Assembly: GCF_018977255.1 (NCBI RefSeq)
Contig: NW_024704743.1
Location: forward strand, 1,984,001-2,048,000
From: Callorhinchus milii
Lineage: Eukaryota
Direction: 5' to 3'
DNA length: 64,000 nt
Positions 1 through 14,125 of the stretch are shown piece by piece. The position numbers were made by a program, and so were the translations under genes. The notes under the pieces were generated by a model. The model searched no databases and was not told the origin of the DNA. It saw nothing but the letters and a program-made list of their open reading frames with translations. Each line of letters starts with the position of its first letter. The stretch's first letter is position 1.

Positions 1-209
1 CGTCGCAAAGCGCCTCACTCACACAATATGCTGTAAAGTGAATTGACTGTATGTTTTGTGGGCAAAACGCGGCAGCCAACTGCGCACACAGTGGATTAAG
101 TGACCAAATTATTATTATTGGTATTATTTTTTTGAAGGGATGATTACCCCTAGAAATACAATCCGTCAATCGACTAACAACCGGGTTCCTACTGACTGCT
201 GGTAAACAG

Positions 210-243
<34 letters not shown>

Positions 244-2079
244 CGTGAGGAAATGTGCCCAACCTTTCGCCCTGACCTGCCCAAGAATCGAACCCGGGTT
301 GACCGTTCTCAGCGCTCTGATGTGGCTCCCTGCTTGAACGGCGCTGCATAAACGCAAGCCGTCGTTGTTCTTGTTGTTGCGGACCGAAAAGGCCAAATTG
401 GACAGCAGATTGAGCATTACACTCAGTAATATAATGGGCCGTCCTTCACTGAGTAAGAAATGCACTACTAGAAGAACTGTACTGTTCACACTGTAGAGTT
501 ACTTTGAGAGAGAAACTCAGCTGGAAATTGCAAGCTGGACCTTGTGAGATAATATACTTTCATTTGCTCTAGTGCTAGCTCTGAATCGTGTCCATTAAAC
601 TGAGAGGTAAGCTCTTCAGTCTCTCACACACACATTGTTGTTGAAGGCGCACAGCTTCTCAAAAGATAAATCAAGTGTTCCCACTGCTACTTCTCATCTC
701 TTCTCCTGGATGGAGGATAACTCTGTCTCAGCTGCTTACTCCTCCAAACCCTGGCGCCTCATAAGCCATCGCTTGCCACAGAATAATAATCATCCGTGTA
801 TTTGATCCAGCGAGGGCTATCACGTCATCACACAATTTTGGAGTCCTGTAGCTTAGTGGTTAGGGCACTCGCTTCGCGAGCGAGAGGACCTGGGTTCAAT
901 TCCCGGGTATGGAGTAAGGAAACTTGACTAAAGTTTTGTCCTGGAATGCTCGCGAGGTGAGTGCTCCAACCAACACACTACACAGCACTGCAGGACTCCA
1001 CGTGTTTGATATTAGACCTGGTCTGTCAGGCAAGGCTAAGAGAGAGGCCTTTTACAGATGATCAAGCTTGTCAATCAAAGGAAGACTTTGCATTACTTTG
1101 ATTCTAACGAAGAGTCTGTAAACCAGGGCTTTGTTTGACAAGGCATATTAATACTGAATAATGGAAAGTGACAAAGACAAAGTGATGATGGTTTATTAGA
1201 TACCAATCCTCGGGTTGAGCGTTGGAATAGAACTGTTGGAGGTCAAATTCGCACATCATTTTCCACAAGACCCCTTCAGAATCAGGGTGGCGGATGACAG
1301 CGAGGCTCTCTACTTATTTTTAATCTCTCTTGCTCCCTCGCTCGCTCGCTCGCTCTCTCTCTCTCTCTTTTTCTCTCTCTCTCAACTCTATTCACTTTGT
1401 GACTCATCAAATAGAACATTTCCACCATTTCGGGAATACATTTGCTTCGACATTGCAAGTGGCAAAGTAAAGAGGAAGAGGTATTTTCCCTCTCAAAGAC
1501 ACAATTGATATTTACTTCGATGCAACTAACCAGAGCAACTAACTACGGTTGCAGAAGGACTATACTACGACAACAACAACAACAACAAATTGTATTTGTG
1601 GGACACTGCTGCTTTTTGCCCATAAAACATGCAGTCAATTCACTTTACAGTATATTCTGCGAAGCGCTTTGAGCCTTGATGAGGCGCTGTCTCAAATGCA
1701 AGGATTATCATTGTTATCATTACTCCTGTTTTCCATCTTTTCTTTAATCTGAAAGTGGGCAAAATAAGAATTTTAAGTAAGTCGTACTGCGGATTTTTAA
1801 GCAAACATTATGAAGCAGCTCCTTCAAAGACTTTATACGTACAAGCTCTTGCCGCCGCCCACGGGTGGTAACACTTTATAACGAATTTGTCAACGGTTTA
1901 TTCTGAAAGGTTAAGCAGATCTGTGAAACAGCGCGATTGAAAGTCACATTATTGTAAAATTTTAAATGTTTAAAAAATGTCGCCTGTTATTTTTAACCCA
2001 TAGCACACGGGCAGGCGGCAGAACTCTGGGTTCTGCACACCATTGGTCATGCTGTAATAATAATTATTATTATTAATGG

Positions 2080-2880
2080 TACAATACAAAATTACATTTG
2101 TAAAGCACTTTTCACGTCGGGAGGTGGACAGGCAGGGGTTTGGACCCCAACGGTGGCAGGGGGGTGGGTGGGGGTTGCAATCAGGAGGGGTGGAGGGCAG
2201 GGAGGGTGGGGGTAGGAGGATGACTGAAGGCACGGTCGAAGAGGAGGGTCTTGAGATGTGCCCTGAAGAAGGTGAGGGGTGGGGAGAGACTGAGGGACTG
2301 TGGGATGGAGTTCCAGAGGATGGGGGCAGAGTGGCTGAAGGCCCAACCACCAATGGTAGGGTGGGCTGGGCGGGGGTCGTGGAGCAGGCTGGACCCCGCT
2401 GAGCGGAGGGAGCGGACACGTTGATAACAGGTTAACAGGTTACAGAGGTCTGAGTACCTGAGTTCAATCCCAGGCAGAGGGCGAAACCTCGGGCAAGTTT
2501 CCTTACTCCACACAGAGCCTAATAATAATCCCTCCAAAAACAAAAACAATAATAAATTGGTCATTTTCAATCTACGACTGTTTGTGGGACATTGCTGTGC
2601 GCAATTGGCTGCCGCGTTCGCCCACAAATATACAGTCAATTCCCTTTACAGTGTGTTCTGTGAAGCGCTTTGGGACGTCCTCCCGACGTGAAAAGCGCTA
2701 TATCAAATGCAAGGATTATTATTATAGAGGTCGGGGGGAGCAAGGCCGTGGAGGGCTTTGAAGGTGAGGACCAGGATCTTGAACTGTATCCTCTGGGGGA
2801 TGGGAAGCCAGTGGAGCCGGGCGAGGGTGGAGGTGATAGGGTCATGGAGGCTGGTGGGCTGCAGAGCTCTGGATGGTGAG
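2080..2880 (-). mobile_element. L2 LINE 3' fragment interrupted by a SINE
   Basis: Homologous to the L2 copies at 29.5 kb and 50.0 kb on both sides of the 2451-2725 SINE. Confidence 0.8.
2451..2725 (+). mobile_element. 5'-truncated short-subfamily SINE with target-site duplication
   Basis: Near-identical to 32066-32372 and 40130-40451. Flanked by AGAGGTC at 2444-2450 and 2726-2732. Confidence 0.85.
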
Positions 2881-3278
2881 TCATGTGAGTTTGCTATTGG
2901 GAGTTCGATCAGCAGTACATTGTTGATCTCATTGACTTCAACTGACGAGGGGAGTGCGTTTAGAGAATATCTAATGTGTTCTTTCGCAGGAGCACATGCA
3001 TCACGAGAAGTCAGGGCTGTGGCAGTGGAACAAAAGATGAATATGGCTCCTGGCAGAACGTATAATAATAAATAATCCTTGTATTTGATATAGGGCCTTT
3101 CACATCACTGAGAGAACATCACAGACAAATCTTCTTCTACCTTCTATACTAGAAAAATGGCAATGTCTGTCTGCGCTTCAAGAAGGATCTCAACAACCGA
3201 TTGACATACAGACATGATTTATACCTCATTGGAAAAGTCTTGGCGCTGGGAGTGACATGGGCATATTTGCTTTTTCTG

Positions 3279-3297
3279 CAGTTCCACCTGGTGGCCA
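3279..3297 (-). promoter_or_regulatory. Candidate CTCF site
   Basis: Reverse strand reads TGGCCACCAGGTGGAACTG, close to the CTCF core consensus, in unique DNA. Confidence 0.5.
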
Positions 3298-4694
3298 CCG
3301 AGTCAAATTGGCGCTGTGGCTTCCTGCGTCACAGAGCACGCACGTAGCCAAGTGGCAGCGGGAACAAAATAAAGGACACAGACCAAGCTAAGCCGCGGCA
3401 ACAACAACAACAAAATTACATTTTTAAAGTACTGAGTTATACCACTGAGTCCTCCCACAGGAGTCCTCCCACAGGAGTCTTCTCAGATGAGTATAAATAA
3501 AGATGACATGTCCGCCTGTGTGTCAATCTGCATTCCATATTGGATCCTTTGGTTGCAAGCGAAGTTGCAACGGGTTCAGCTAGTATCGTAACAATAGTCC
3601 TTGCATTTGATATAGCGCCTTATCACTTCTTCGAGATGGCTCAAAGCTTCATAGGATACACTGTAAAGTATAGTGACTGTATATTTTGTGGGCGAAACGT
3701 GGCAGCCAATCACATACAGGAGTGTGCCACAAACAGTCATGGGTTGAATGACCCAATTTTTGTTTGTTTTTGGAGGGATTATTCCTATGTGTAGGTGGGG
3801 ATGCATGGAAATCTCAGCGAGGTTTGGAACGGTGGTGGGTTTCCGCATGTATCAGGCACACAGCTGACCCCTCCCCACCCACCCCCTCCCCGGCCCCTCC
3901 ACGAAGAAGTAACATGTTTCACTAACGCCACTGTTAATATTGATGTACAAAATCAATGCTGGAACAAACCTGAAAATGTTCTCTGCATTTTAACTTTAGG
4001 ATTTTAATCTCGCCCATTCTGTGCTTAATAATAATAATACAGAGCCTTATTACATCGTCGAGACGTCGCAAAGCGGTCCACGGAACGAATAATAATAATC
4101 CTTGCATTTGATATAGCGCCTCATCGCATCTTCGAGGTGTCTCAAAGCGCTTCACAGTATATTACTGTAAAGTATAGCGACTGTATAATTTGTGTACGAA
4201 ACATCACGCACAGTAATGTGGGTTGACGGTGAAAGGTACTAAAACAAATGTAATCTTGTTGTTTGTGGACGAAACGCGGGAAGCAATTGCGTGAACGTAT
4301 TTGTGGAATCGCTCTGATAGATCAGGTTCCTTGGCAGAGCAAGGCTGCAAATCATTGATAGTCACACAAGCTGTTGACTATTTGGTTATGTACAATATAT
4401 CAACATGCAATCAGCTGCCATGAAGACAGAAAAAACACAGCGTTACAATACAACTGGGATCAAGACTCTGCAGGAAGGGATATCGCAGTGGGGAGTCTCG
4501 CTCAGATCAACACTGAATTCAGACGAGTGTCAAATTATGTTAAAATATAAAGCTTGTGGTTAATTAGTATCTCCTAACAAGACAAACACAGCGGTCCAAC
4601 ACCGAGCCTAGTGTGAGAATGGATTGTCTCGGGCATTTTGAAGGGAGTGCTGTGTGAGGGAAGGAGGGGGGGGCGGGGGGCGGGGGCGGGAGAG

Positions 4695-4812
4695 AGTGGA
4701 TGGGTGGGTGGTTGAGTGAGTGAGTGAGTGAGTGAGTGGGTGGGTGAGTGAGTGAGTGAGTGGGTGGATGGGTGGGTGGGTGGGTGGGTGGTTGAGTGAG
4801 TGGGTGGGTGAG
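4695..4812. repeat. (GAGT/GGGT)n tetranucleotide repeat
   Basis: Seen directly in the sequence. Confidence 0.9.
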
Positions 4813-7800
4813 TAAGGGCGGGAGGTACACAGTCACTCCACTTTACAATGATTCTGTGAAGCGCTTTGAGGCGTCTGAACGACACGATAAGGCGCTGCAT
4901 CGAATGCGAGGATTAATATTGTTCGTTTACTGTGGAGAAGATAATTATACTCTTCAAAACTGTAGTCCCATTGGGAAAACTCAGTGCAGAGAAGCTGTTT
5001 AAGCACCCCTCGTCGCCTGGTGTCTGTCTCTTCCTCTTATATTACTGTCAGCTCTTGCTTCGTGCGCTTCCATAATCTAACCCTCCTGCCCGCAAAGTGC
5101 CATCTGCCAATCTTCAGCCGGAGAAAGAAATAAGAAGCAAACATGGATAACCCCAGGTGCAGGCGCTTATTACAGTCACAATTTCACAGGTTGAAATATG
5201 CAATCCTGCAGTTCTTTTCATCGAAGTTGTCACAACCGCCAACGATTTCGGACGGCTAGAAATGTTAAACAGCGATAACCCGCTTGCGTTTGATACGGAG
5301 CCTTGTCACGTTGAAAGGACTCCGTCTTCGATAAAGGCCGTTGGGAATTTTGTGGGCAAACACAGAATCCAATTTGCACACAGCAAACAGCAACAGAGTG
5401 ACCGAACGATATGTTTTTTTTACCCGGATGATTGTTGTCCTCGGGCATCAAGGTTGACTCAATTCCGACATTGCCTGGTGACGGCTGCACAGCCCGGCCT
5501 GGCTCATCCATCGGCAGGGCTTGGAAGGGCCGACCAGTCACTGGGGGCAGGAACTGCTCCCCTCAGCTCCTGTTAACCCTGTCAGCCAAAGCCCTAACTA
5601 ACTAACTAACTAACTAACGGGGAGGGTGGTCCCAGCTGGACAAGCAGCGGGAAAGCTTGGCCAGACAGCGCTATCGATGGTAAGCTATGAAATTGTAGCC
5701 GGTTAGACTCCAGCAGTTACCCCCAACGCACACTCTGGGTTCTTTAAGCCTTGGTTCTTGCCAACCTGTGCCTAATACTCGCTGGAATTAGGTAAACAGG
5801 ATGCATTCCTCTCGGGAGAGAGAGAAAGTGCGCATTCCGTTCCATTCCAATAAATATCTCTGGAATTTCCATGTGTAGGCGGGATGCATGAAATTCTCAC
5901 AAGAAGGCAAGTTTGGTTCGGATGCTCTCGAGCACGGTGATGGGTTTCTACGTGTCAGACACCGGGTCCATCCCTCAAAAACAATGCAATAAAAAAAATC
6001 TTTAAGGACCGGTGAGATGGGAACAAGTAGCCGTTGAGATTCAGTGACACAGGAGAAATGGGATAGTGAGAACGAGCGAGACAGAAATATTCAGGATTAA
6101 ACTGAGTTTCCAGAACCAAGGGAGGGAATGAGCAACCGTTAGTAAAGCAGCACAGCACATGATAAAATCAATCAGCATGTAAATTGCGAGGGAGTTCACA
6201 AGAGCTGAGTGAGATAAATTGTGGTACGAGAGAATCTCCAGGGAGCTTCCCTAACAAGAATCAGCGTGATGACATTAATCTATCAGGCGATGAGCAGAGG
6301 ATTTATAATACATGATAATAATTTAATCATAATAATACACTGAGCAGTGTGTAAGTGTCATATAATAATAATAATAATCCTTGCATTTGATATAGCGCCA
6401 TATCATGTCTCAAAGCGCTTCACAGAATATACTGTAAAGTGAATTGACTGTTTATTTTGTGGGCGAAATGCGGCAGCCAATTAAACACAGCAGCGTCCCC
6501 ACAAACAGTCGTGGATTGAGCAACCAAATTTTTTTTTTATTATTATTATTTATCACAGCGATGAAGTCCGCACAGGATCCGAAAACCCCGTGTCAGCAAC
6601 CATCAGGATTGATTTAAACCCTATTATCTCAGCGCAAATTCTCATTTCAGAGCCTATCATCAACTTGAAGATAATTGCTCTCATTCTCCGGTTTGTACAG
6701 TGAAACCCCTCGGTAGCCTCCAACCGTGGATTGGGGGCCCAAGTTATTAGAGTTTTTTTTTCTTGAGTGATTATTTTCAGGCGTTGTGGAGTAAAGAAAC
6801 TTGCCCAAGGTTTCGCCCTGCCCTGCCGGGAATCAAACCCAGGTGTCTCACTTGGGAGGCGAGTGCTCTAACTACCGAGCTACAGGACCACGGGAATAAT
6901 TAGCTGGAATTGTTAGCAGAATTCTCAGATGATATTCGCAATCAACTCAAGCTTTGCTCTTGCCTTTTTCTTCTTGATGTCATTCGACCCTTTTGATTAA
7001 ATTAATCTCATTGCTCGCTCCTTACCGCCTGCTCCTGAGAAATATCTAATCGCGCTGCTTCACTTGAACAAGAAATTACGCTTGTATAGCGCCCTTCAAG
7101 TTCGTGCTCCACAGGCCTGATACTAATCCCTCAAGAAAAAAAAACACTAGTACATTTTTCACGCGTTTCGCCCGCAAAACATGCAGTCAGTTCACTTTAC
7201 AGTCTATCCTGTGAAGCGCTGTGAGACGTCTCGAAGACGTGATAAGGCGCTGTATCAAATGCAAGGATTATTATTATTATTATCATCAATGCAAGTGGTT
7301 ATTGTTGTTGAAATGCACATCGAGACTAAATGATATGCCAAGACCTAAAAACTAGTGGAACAGGATGGATGGGCTGAATGGCCTCCTCCTGCTTCTGTTT
7401 TCTTGTGTTTCTACGGTGTTACCTTCCCGTTGTGTTTACCTCCGCCTCACCCCCTCTCTTGCCTCCTTCAAGACCCGTCTAAAGACCTTCCTCTACCACC
7501 GTGCTTTCGATCACGTCTTCGAGACGTCTCAAAGCGCCTCACAGAATGTACTGTAAAGTGCAGTGACTGCGTATTTTTGTGGGCGAAACGTGGCAGCCGA
7601 TTGCGCCCAGCAGCGTCCCCGCAGACAGCCGTGGATTTGAGTGACCATTTTGCTGCAGATACTGCATAAACGGTTGAATTCCACGCCGTGCGTCAATGTC
7701 ACACTGTTACACAGCACACAGCAGGATACCGCAAAATAATTTGATCTGTTTTTACGAGCAAGCCGTTGTTAATGTTATGACTATTATTATAGAAATTAAA

Positions 7801-8805
7801 CGTTTGGGCCTTCGGGTTTGCTTCTTAATTTTTAATTGTAGCGCCCTGTTGATCGAAATGAACTGGAGTGCAAAATCAAGAGGGAGTGATCATAAACGAA
7901 CAAGAGTAAATAACTAAAAAACTCTGCGTATTAACGTATTAAAGCAGAGCACAGACACGAGTCAAGATATTTTGTGCAATGGTCTTATTCAGCTGTCAGT
8001 CTGGCTCTCTGTGTCACAAGGTTATGGGTTCCAGCCCCATGTTAATAATAATAATAATAATAATAATAATCATTGATTTGATGGAGCGCCTTATCACATC
8101 ATTGCGACGTCTCAAAGCACTTCATTCACTGTAAAGGGTAGTGACTGTGTATTCTGTGGGCAAAAGATGTTGAAACACTGAACTCCCATTATCTAAGCTG
8201 TCACTCCAATACAGCGCTGGGGGATTTCTGCGCTGTCAGGGGGAGATTTCTTGGATTGAGACGTTAAACCCGTCTCCCTGTTCAGCAGAACATTAAAAAT
8301 TCCATGACACCTTTTGAAAAGAGGAGGGAGTTTCTCTCTCTCTCTCTCTCTCTCCCAGCGTCTTGGCCAACAATCCCCCAAATAAAACAAATCGGTCACT
8401 CGCTCAACGGCAGTTGTTGAAGAATTTGCCGGGTGCAAACTGACGGCTGCAATCATAACTAGAAAATATACACATTCACACCACTTTACTGTAGCTCAGT
8501 GGTTACAGCACTGGCCTCGCGAGCGAGTGGACCCGGGTTCGATTCCCGGGCAGGAGGACGAAACGTTGGGTAAGTTTCCTCACTCCACACACACACACAC
8601 ACACCTGTGTTTACAGCAGTAAATAGGAACCCGGTTGTTAGTCGATTGGCGGATCACTTTTCCAGGGGGTGATAATCCCTTCAAAAATAATAGTAAATTG
8701 AAAGTCAATCCATGACTGTTTGTGGGACACTGCTGTGAGCAATTGGCTGCTGTGTTTCGCCCACAAAAATATACTTTACAATATAACCTGCGAAGCGCTT
8801 TGAGA

Positions 8806-9553
8806 CAACAACAACAACAACAAGATTCCATTTATAAAGCGCCTTTCACGTCAGGAGGACGTCCCAAGGCGCTGCACAGTTGGGTCATGACCCGAGCAGG
8901 GGGGAAATGGTCAGGGTGAGGGGAGGGAAGGGAGGGAGCGAGGAGGGGGGAAATGGTCAGGGTGAGGGGAGGGAAGGGAGGGAGCGAGGAGGGGGGAAAT
9001 GGTCAGGGTGAGGGGAGGGAAGGGAGGGAGCGAGGAGGGGGAAATGGTCAGGGTGAGGGGAGGGAAGGGAGGGAGCGAGGAGGGGGAAGAGAGTCGAGAG
9101 GGGAGCTGAAGGCTCGGTCAAAGAGAAAGGTTTTGAGACCGGCCTTGAAGGAGGAAAGGGAGGAAGCAGCGAAGGCACTGGGGGATAGAGTTCCAGAGCC
9201 TGGGGCTGAGAGGCTGAAGGCCCGGCCACCGATGGTAGGGCGGTTGGGGCGGGGGACGTGGAGCAGACCGGAGCCAGAGGAACGGAGGGTACGGGCAGGT
9301 AGGTAGGGGGATAGTAGGTTGGAGGGGTAGGAGGGAGCAAGGCCGTGAATGGCCTTGTAGGTGAGGATGAGGATCTTGAAATCAATCCTCTGGGGGATGG
9401 GGAGCCAGTGGAGGGGAGCGAGGGTGCGAGTGATGTGGTCGCGGTGTTTGGTGTGGGACAGTACACGAGCTGCAGAGTTCTGAATGACCTGCAGCTTGTG
9501 GAGGGAGGTGGCGGGAAGGCCGGCGAGGAGAGAGTTCCCATAGTCCAGCCTTG
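8806..9553 (-). mobile_element. L2 LINE 3' fragment with internal minisatellite
   Basis: Minus strand encodes LQVIQNSAA...LHWLP...[10 protein letters not shown] RT C-terminus, then the GCGCCTTGGGACGTCCTCCTGACGTGAAAGGCGC tail and (TTG)n. Confidence 0.85.
8900..9085. repeat. 45-46 bp purine-rich minisatellite, 4 copies
   Basis: AAATGGTCAGGGTGAGGGGAGGGAAGGGAGGGAGCGAGGAGGGGG units start at 8905, 8951, 8997 and 9042. Confidence 0.95.
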
Positions 9554-11184
9554 AGACGTCTCGAAGACCTGATAAGGCGCTGTGTCAAATGCCAGGATTA
9601 TTATCATTATTCACATTTAAAGCTCGATGGTGTGATAAGGTGTTATACCAAATGCAAGGAACTTTATTATTATTATTATTGATTATTATTATTTGTGTCG
9701 CCGAATTGGTATCAAAGAGCTTTTTCGAGGCTCTGTCATTTTCCTCTGCACAGCTCGAATAGAGGAAGGCTTCGTAAAACAATACCATATTTGACATTTT
9801 CCAGTCCTCTGTTTTCCCCTTTGTGCAGCTTCACAAAGACCAACAGAAGGACCTGAATTAACATAACAAGAGCAGGCTCACATCAAAAGAAAGTGTGTGA
9901 TTTCCGCCCCCACCCCAATAAAAAGATTCCTAGTTACCATTAATTTGTTTATAAAATGGCTTCCGATTTACTTTTTGTTGGTTGGAGGCTACCGAGGGGT
10001 TTCATTACACAAACCGGAGAATTAGAGCAATTATCTTCAGTTTGATGACAGGCTTTGAACCAAGGATTTGGGTTGAGATAATAGGGTTTAATGGAGTGTT
10101 TGTTACTGACGCAGGGTTTTTGGATCAGGTGCGAACTTCCCGTGACTTTGTCGTTGCGATAAAATACTCTTTAGAATATCTTGTGACAGACAAGGATATG
10201 TGTTGATCCTCGCATCGGATACCGCGCCTCATCCCGTCTTCAAGACGTCTCAAAGCACTTCACAGAACCCACCGTAAAGCGAATTGACTGTGTCTTTTGA
10301 GGCAGGAAAACCGCAGCCAATTGCGTCCACGCAAACAGCTGTGGATTGAGTCACCGCATTTTGGGGGGGATAATGAACTGCAGATCTTTTATTGTTTGCG
10401 TTGTGCGGTCCTGCAGCTCAGTGGTCAGAGCCCTCGCCTCGCAAGCGAGAGGACCCGGGTTCGATTCCCGGGCAGGTCAGGGCGAGACATTGGGCAAGTT
10501 TCCTCACTCCACACACACGCACACACACACACACACTCGCCTCTGTTTACCGGCAGTCAGGAGGAACCCGTTGATAGTCGTTTGGCGAACGGCTTTCCCG
10601 GGGGTAATAATCTCTTCCTAAAAAATTAATAATAATAACAAGTTGCACACAGCTACAAACAGCCCTGACGCGAAGGACCAATTTAATCCGGGGGATAGTT
10701 GGCCAGGAAACCGCGAGAGGGGGAAACTCCCTTCTCTTTTCAAACAGGGGATCTTTAAATGTCCCCCACAACAGGCCGATGGGACCTGGGTTTTAACGTC
10801 GCACAAAGTTGACACTCCACCCAGTGATTACCGCAAAGTGCCTTCAGACGTTTCAGCATTGTACACCCACACCCAAAAAAAAAAAGGTGGAAAAATGTCA
10901 TTTCGGTTTTGTTGATAAAAATTCCCGATGGCCTGGGTTTCGGATGGAGGGCCTGAGGGGAAGAGAGAAATGACAATTAAAATACAGTCCAAATTGAAAT
11001 CGCCAGCAACACTTATTGAGGTTTCTGTGCTCTCCGAGATGACGGCCTCACACACTCGAAACTCATTCTGGTTCAATTGATAACTCTCTACGTCACGAGG
11101 TTGTGAGTTCCAGCCCCGCGTCAGGACTTTGAACAGTCCAGGCTGATGGTCAATGCATTGCTGGGAGTTTCCCTGCATTAATAA

Positions 11185-11610
11185 TAATAATAATTAATAA
11201 TAATAAATTCTTGCATTTGATACAGAGTCTTATCACGCCTTCGCGACGACTCAAAGCGCTTCACAGGATATACTGCGAAGTGAATTGACTGTGTATTTTG
11301 TGGGTGAAACGCGGCAGCCGATTGCGCGCAGCAGCGTCCCCCACAAACAGCCGTGGGTTGAGTGACCAAATTATTTTTATTATTATTTATTTATTTTCAA
11401 GGAATTATTACCCCCGGAAAAGTGATCCATGAATCGACAGATCCTACTGACTGCCGGTAAACAGAGGCGCGTGTGTGTGTGTGTGTATGTGTGTGTGTGT
11501 GGAGTGAGGAAACTTGCCCAATGTCTCGCCCTGACCTGCCCGGGAATCGAACCCGGGTCCTCTCGCTCGCGAGGCGAGGGCTCTAACCCCTGAGCTCCAG
11601 GACAGGACTC
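11185..11610 (-). mobile_element. Long-subfamily SINE, full length
   Basis: Reverse complement of the same consensus. Confidence 0.9.
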
Positions 11611-11676
11611 CACAGCCGAAATAACAGCCGAACGGCAATTTGCGAGAACAGTGCTCAGGAGTGTGAGTCAGGGAGA

Positions 11677-11915
11677 CACACACACACACACACATATACA
11701 TATATATACACATACACACACACATACACATACATACATATACACACACATACATACACACACACTTACACATACAAATACACACACATACACACAGACA
11801 TACACACACACACATATACACACACACACGCGCACACATACATTCACACACATCCAACGCACGCACGCACACACACACACATATACACATACACACATAC
11901 ACGCGTACATATACA
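11677..11915. repeat. (CA/TA)n microsatellite
   Basis: Seen directly in the sequence. Confidence 0.95.
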
Positions 11916-12659
11916 CGACGCCTGAATGGATACGTGTGTGTACAGTCTGTGGGTGTTTGTGGCTGATCAGGCAAACGCAGCTTTTGTGGTGCTGTTTAAA
12001 CCTGGTTTATTTACACCCGCAGACAGAATCCATTTGTTGCCATTTTCAGCATAAGCGGAAATTTCGAGGCGAATGGAAATGTCAGACTGTGTTAGAGGTT
12101 TGAATACAGAATCGACAACAGACATTGTTTGGTTGCATCATGAATAACTGAGAGTTTGATGTACGCGAGAGTTCTTCCTACAACACTTGCCAACAGAGGG
12201 ATGACAAGGACAATACCTGAGTGAAAGATATTCCAGGAACTCAAATACTTCCGAAAATAATAGCAATAATTATATTTAATCCTTATGTTTGATATCACAC
12301 CTTATCACGTCTTCGAGACGTCTCACAGCACTTCACGGAATATACCGTGAAGTGGATTCACCGTATATGTATTGTGGGCGAAACGCGGCAGCCGATTGCG
12401 CACAGCGGCGTCCCACAAACAGTCGTTCATTATTAAGTAATATTTAATCCTCGCTGTGTGCAAATTGGCTGCCGCATTTGCCTGGAAAATCCGTGACAAA
12501 ACTGGCAGAGTGATTACCTTTGAAATGATTCGACAAGATGAAATACTTATGTTTTCTTTGTGTTTTTATTTAAAGAGGGTTCTTGTCAATTACTGTAAAA
12601 CATCCGGCTCGCCATGAGCATCAAGCAACAAGCTCAGTGGATAATAATGCTAATCATCC

Positions 12660-13023
12660 TTATAATAATAAGCCTTGCATTTGATACAACCCCCCATCAC
12701 TTCAGCAAAATGCTTCACAGAATATGCTGTAAAGGGGATTGACTGTGTATTTGTGGGCGAAACGCGGCAGCCAATTGTGCACAGCAAACAGTCGTGGATT
12801 GAATGACCACATTTTTGGGGGCGAGAGATTATTACCCCCAGGAAAGCGATCCACCAATCGACCAACAACCGCAGCTCCTACTTACTGCTGTGTAAACAGA
12901 GGCGTGTGTGTGTGTGCGGAGTGAGGAAACTTGCCCAACGTCTCGCCCTGACCTGCCCAGGAATCAAACCCGGGTCCTCTCGCTCGCGAGGCGAGGGCTC
13001 TGACCCCTGAGCTCCAGGACTCC
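12660..13023 (-). mobile_element. Long-subfamily SINE, full length
   Basis: Same consensus; head ends GCTCCAGGACTCC. Confidence 0.88.
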
Positions 13024-13359
13024 AATTAGGAGGATTAAGAAAAGGAACGAGATTTTATCTGAGGGTTGATAAATGTTCGCTGAGATAAAGAGACAGATGG
13101 TAAATGCTCGGCAACTAACGGCAAGACTTATTTCCCACTGCATTGATTGCCAAACCTTCAAATTTCAGCAAAACGCTTTTAAAATTTAATCAAACCAAAT
13201 CTGATCGTGGGTGTGACGGGGACAAGAATTGGAAGATTTATTATTATTACTATGCTGCTGCATTTCACAATTTCTACGAGTTGGAGGCTGGGGGGAGGGG
13301 AGAGAAGAGAGAAGTGTTAAATGCTGTGACAACATTTCGTTCTTAGTGTTGGGTATATA

Positions 13360-13720
13360 TAGAGCTCTCGTCTCGCAAACGAGGACCCGGGTTCGATTCC
13401 CGGGCAGGTCAGGGCGAAATGTTGGGCAGGTTTCCTTACTCCACACACACACACACACGCGCCTCTGTTTACCGGCAGTCAGTAGGAACCCGGTTGTTAG
13501 TCGTTTGGCGATCGCTTTTCCGGGGGTAATAATTCCTTCAAAAAAATTAATAAATTGGTCACTCAACCCGCGACTGTTTGTGGGGACGCTGCTGTGCGCG
13601 AATGACTGACGTACACAAAATGTACAGTCAATTCACTTTACAGTATACTCTGTGAAAGGCTTTGAGACGTCTTGAAGACGTGATGAGGCGCTGTATCAAA
13701 TGCCAGGATTGTTACTATTT
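13360..13720 (+). mobile_element. Long-subfamily SINE
   Basis: Same consensus with a damaged A box. Confidence 0.88.
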
Positions 13721-14125
13721 AAAACATGCAGGGATTATTATTATTAAAACTGCAAGGATTATCTTTATTGAACTGCCTCTAGCACTTGGAAAGCTTTCAT
13801 GTCGCTTAAAGTGATTGTATCTCCTTCAAAATCTCCTTGTGTGCCCAGCTTCACTTCATCTGAATTCTCCAGGATTTCAATTGCAGTGAAAATAATTGAT
13901 TTAATATTCATTACCATGGAATACAATGCCCTTTAAGTTTGTCAGTGGAGAAATCCTCAGATTAAATCACTTTCTGAATGCATCACACTCTCCTGCCTGT
14001 AAATTTACTGCTCATGCATAGCCAAAGTTATCTTCAGGTTGAAATCTATTTACAATACATGAGTATTGCAAATAAATTTCCAAAGCTGCAGGGACTACAG
14101 TACTTTACAGCCCACTTCTGTAACC

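Noticed and set aside
166..489. 107-aa hydrophobic ORF as a possible exon of an upstream gene
   Set aside because: Runs through an L2-like tail and a SINE; no recognisable homology.
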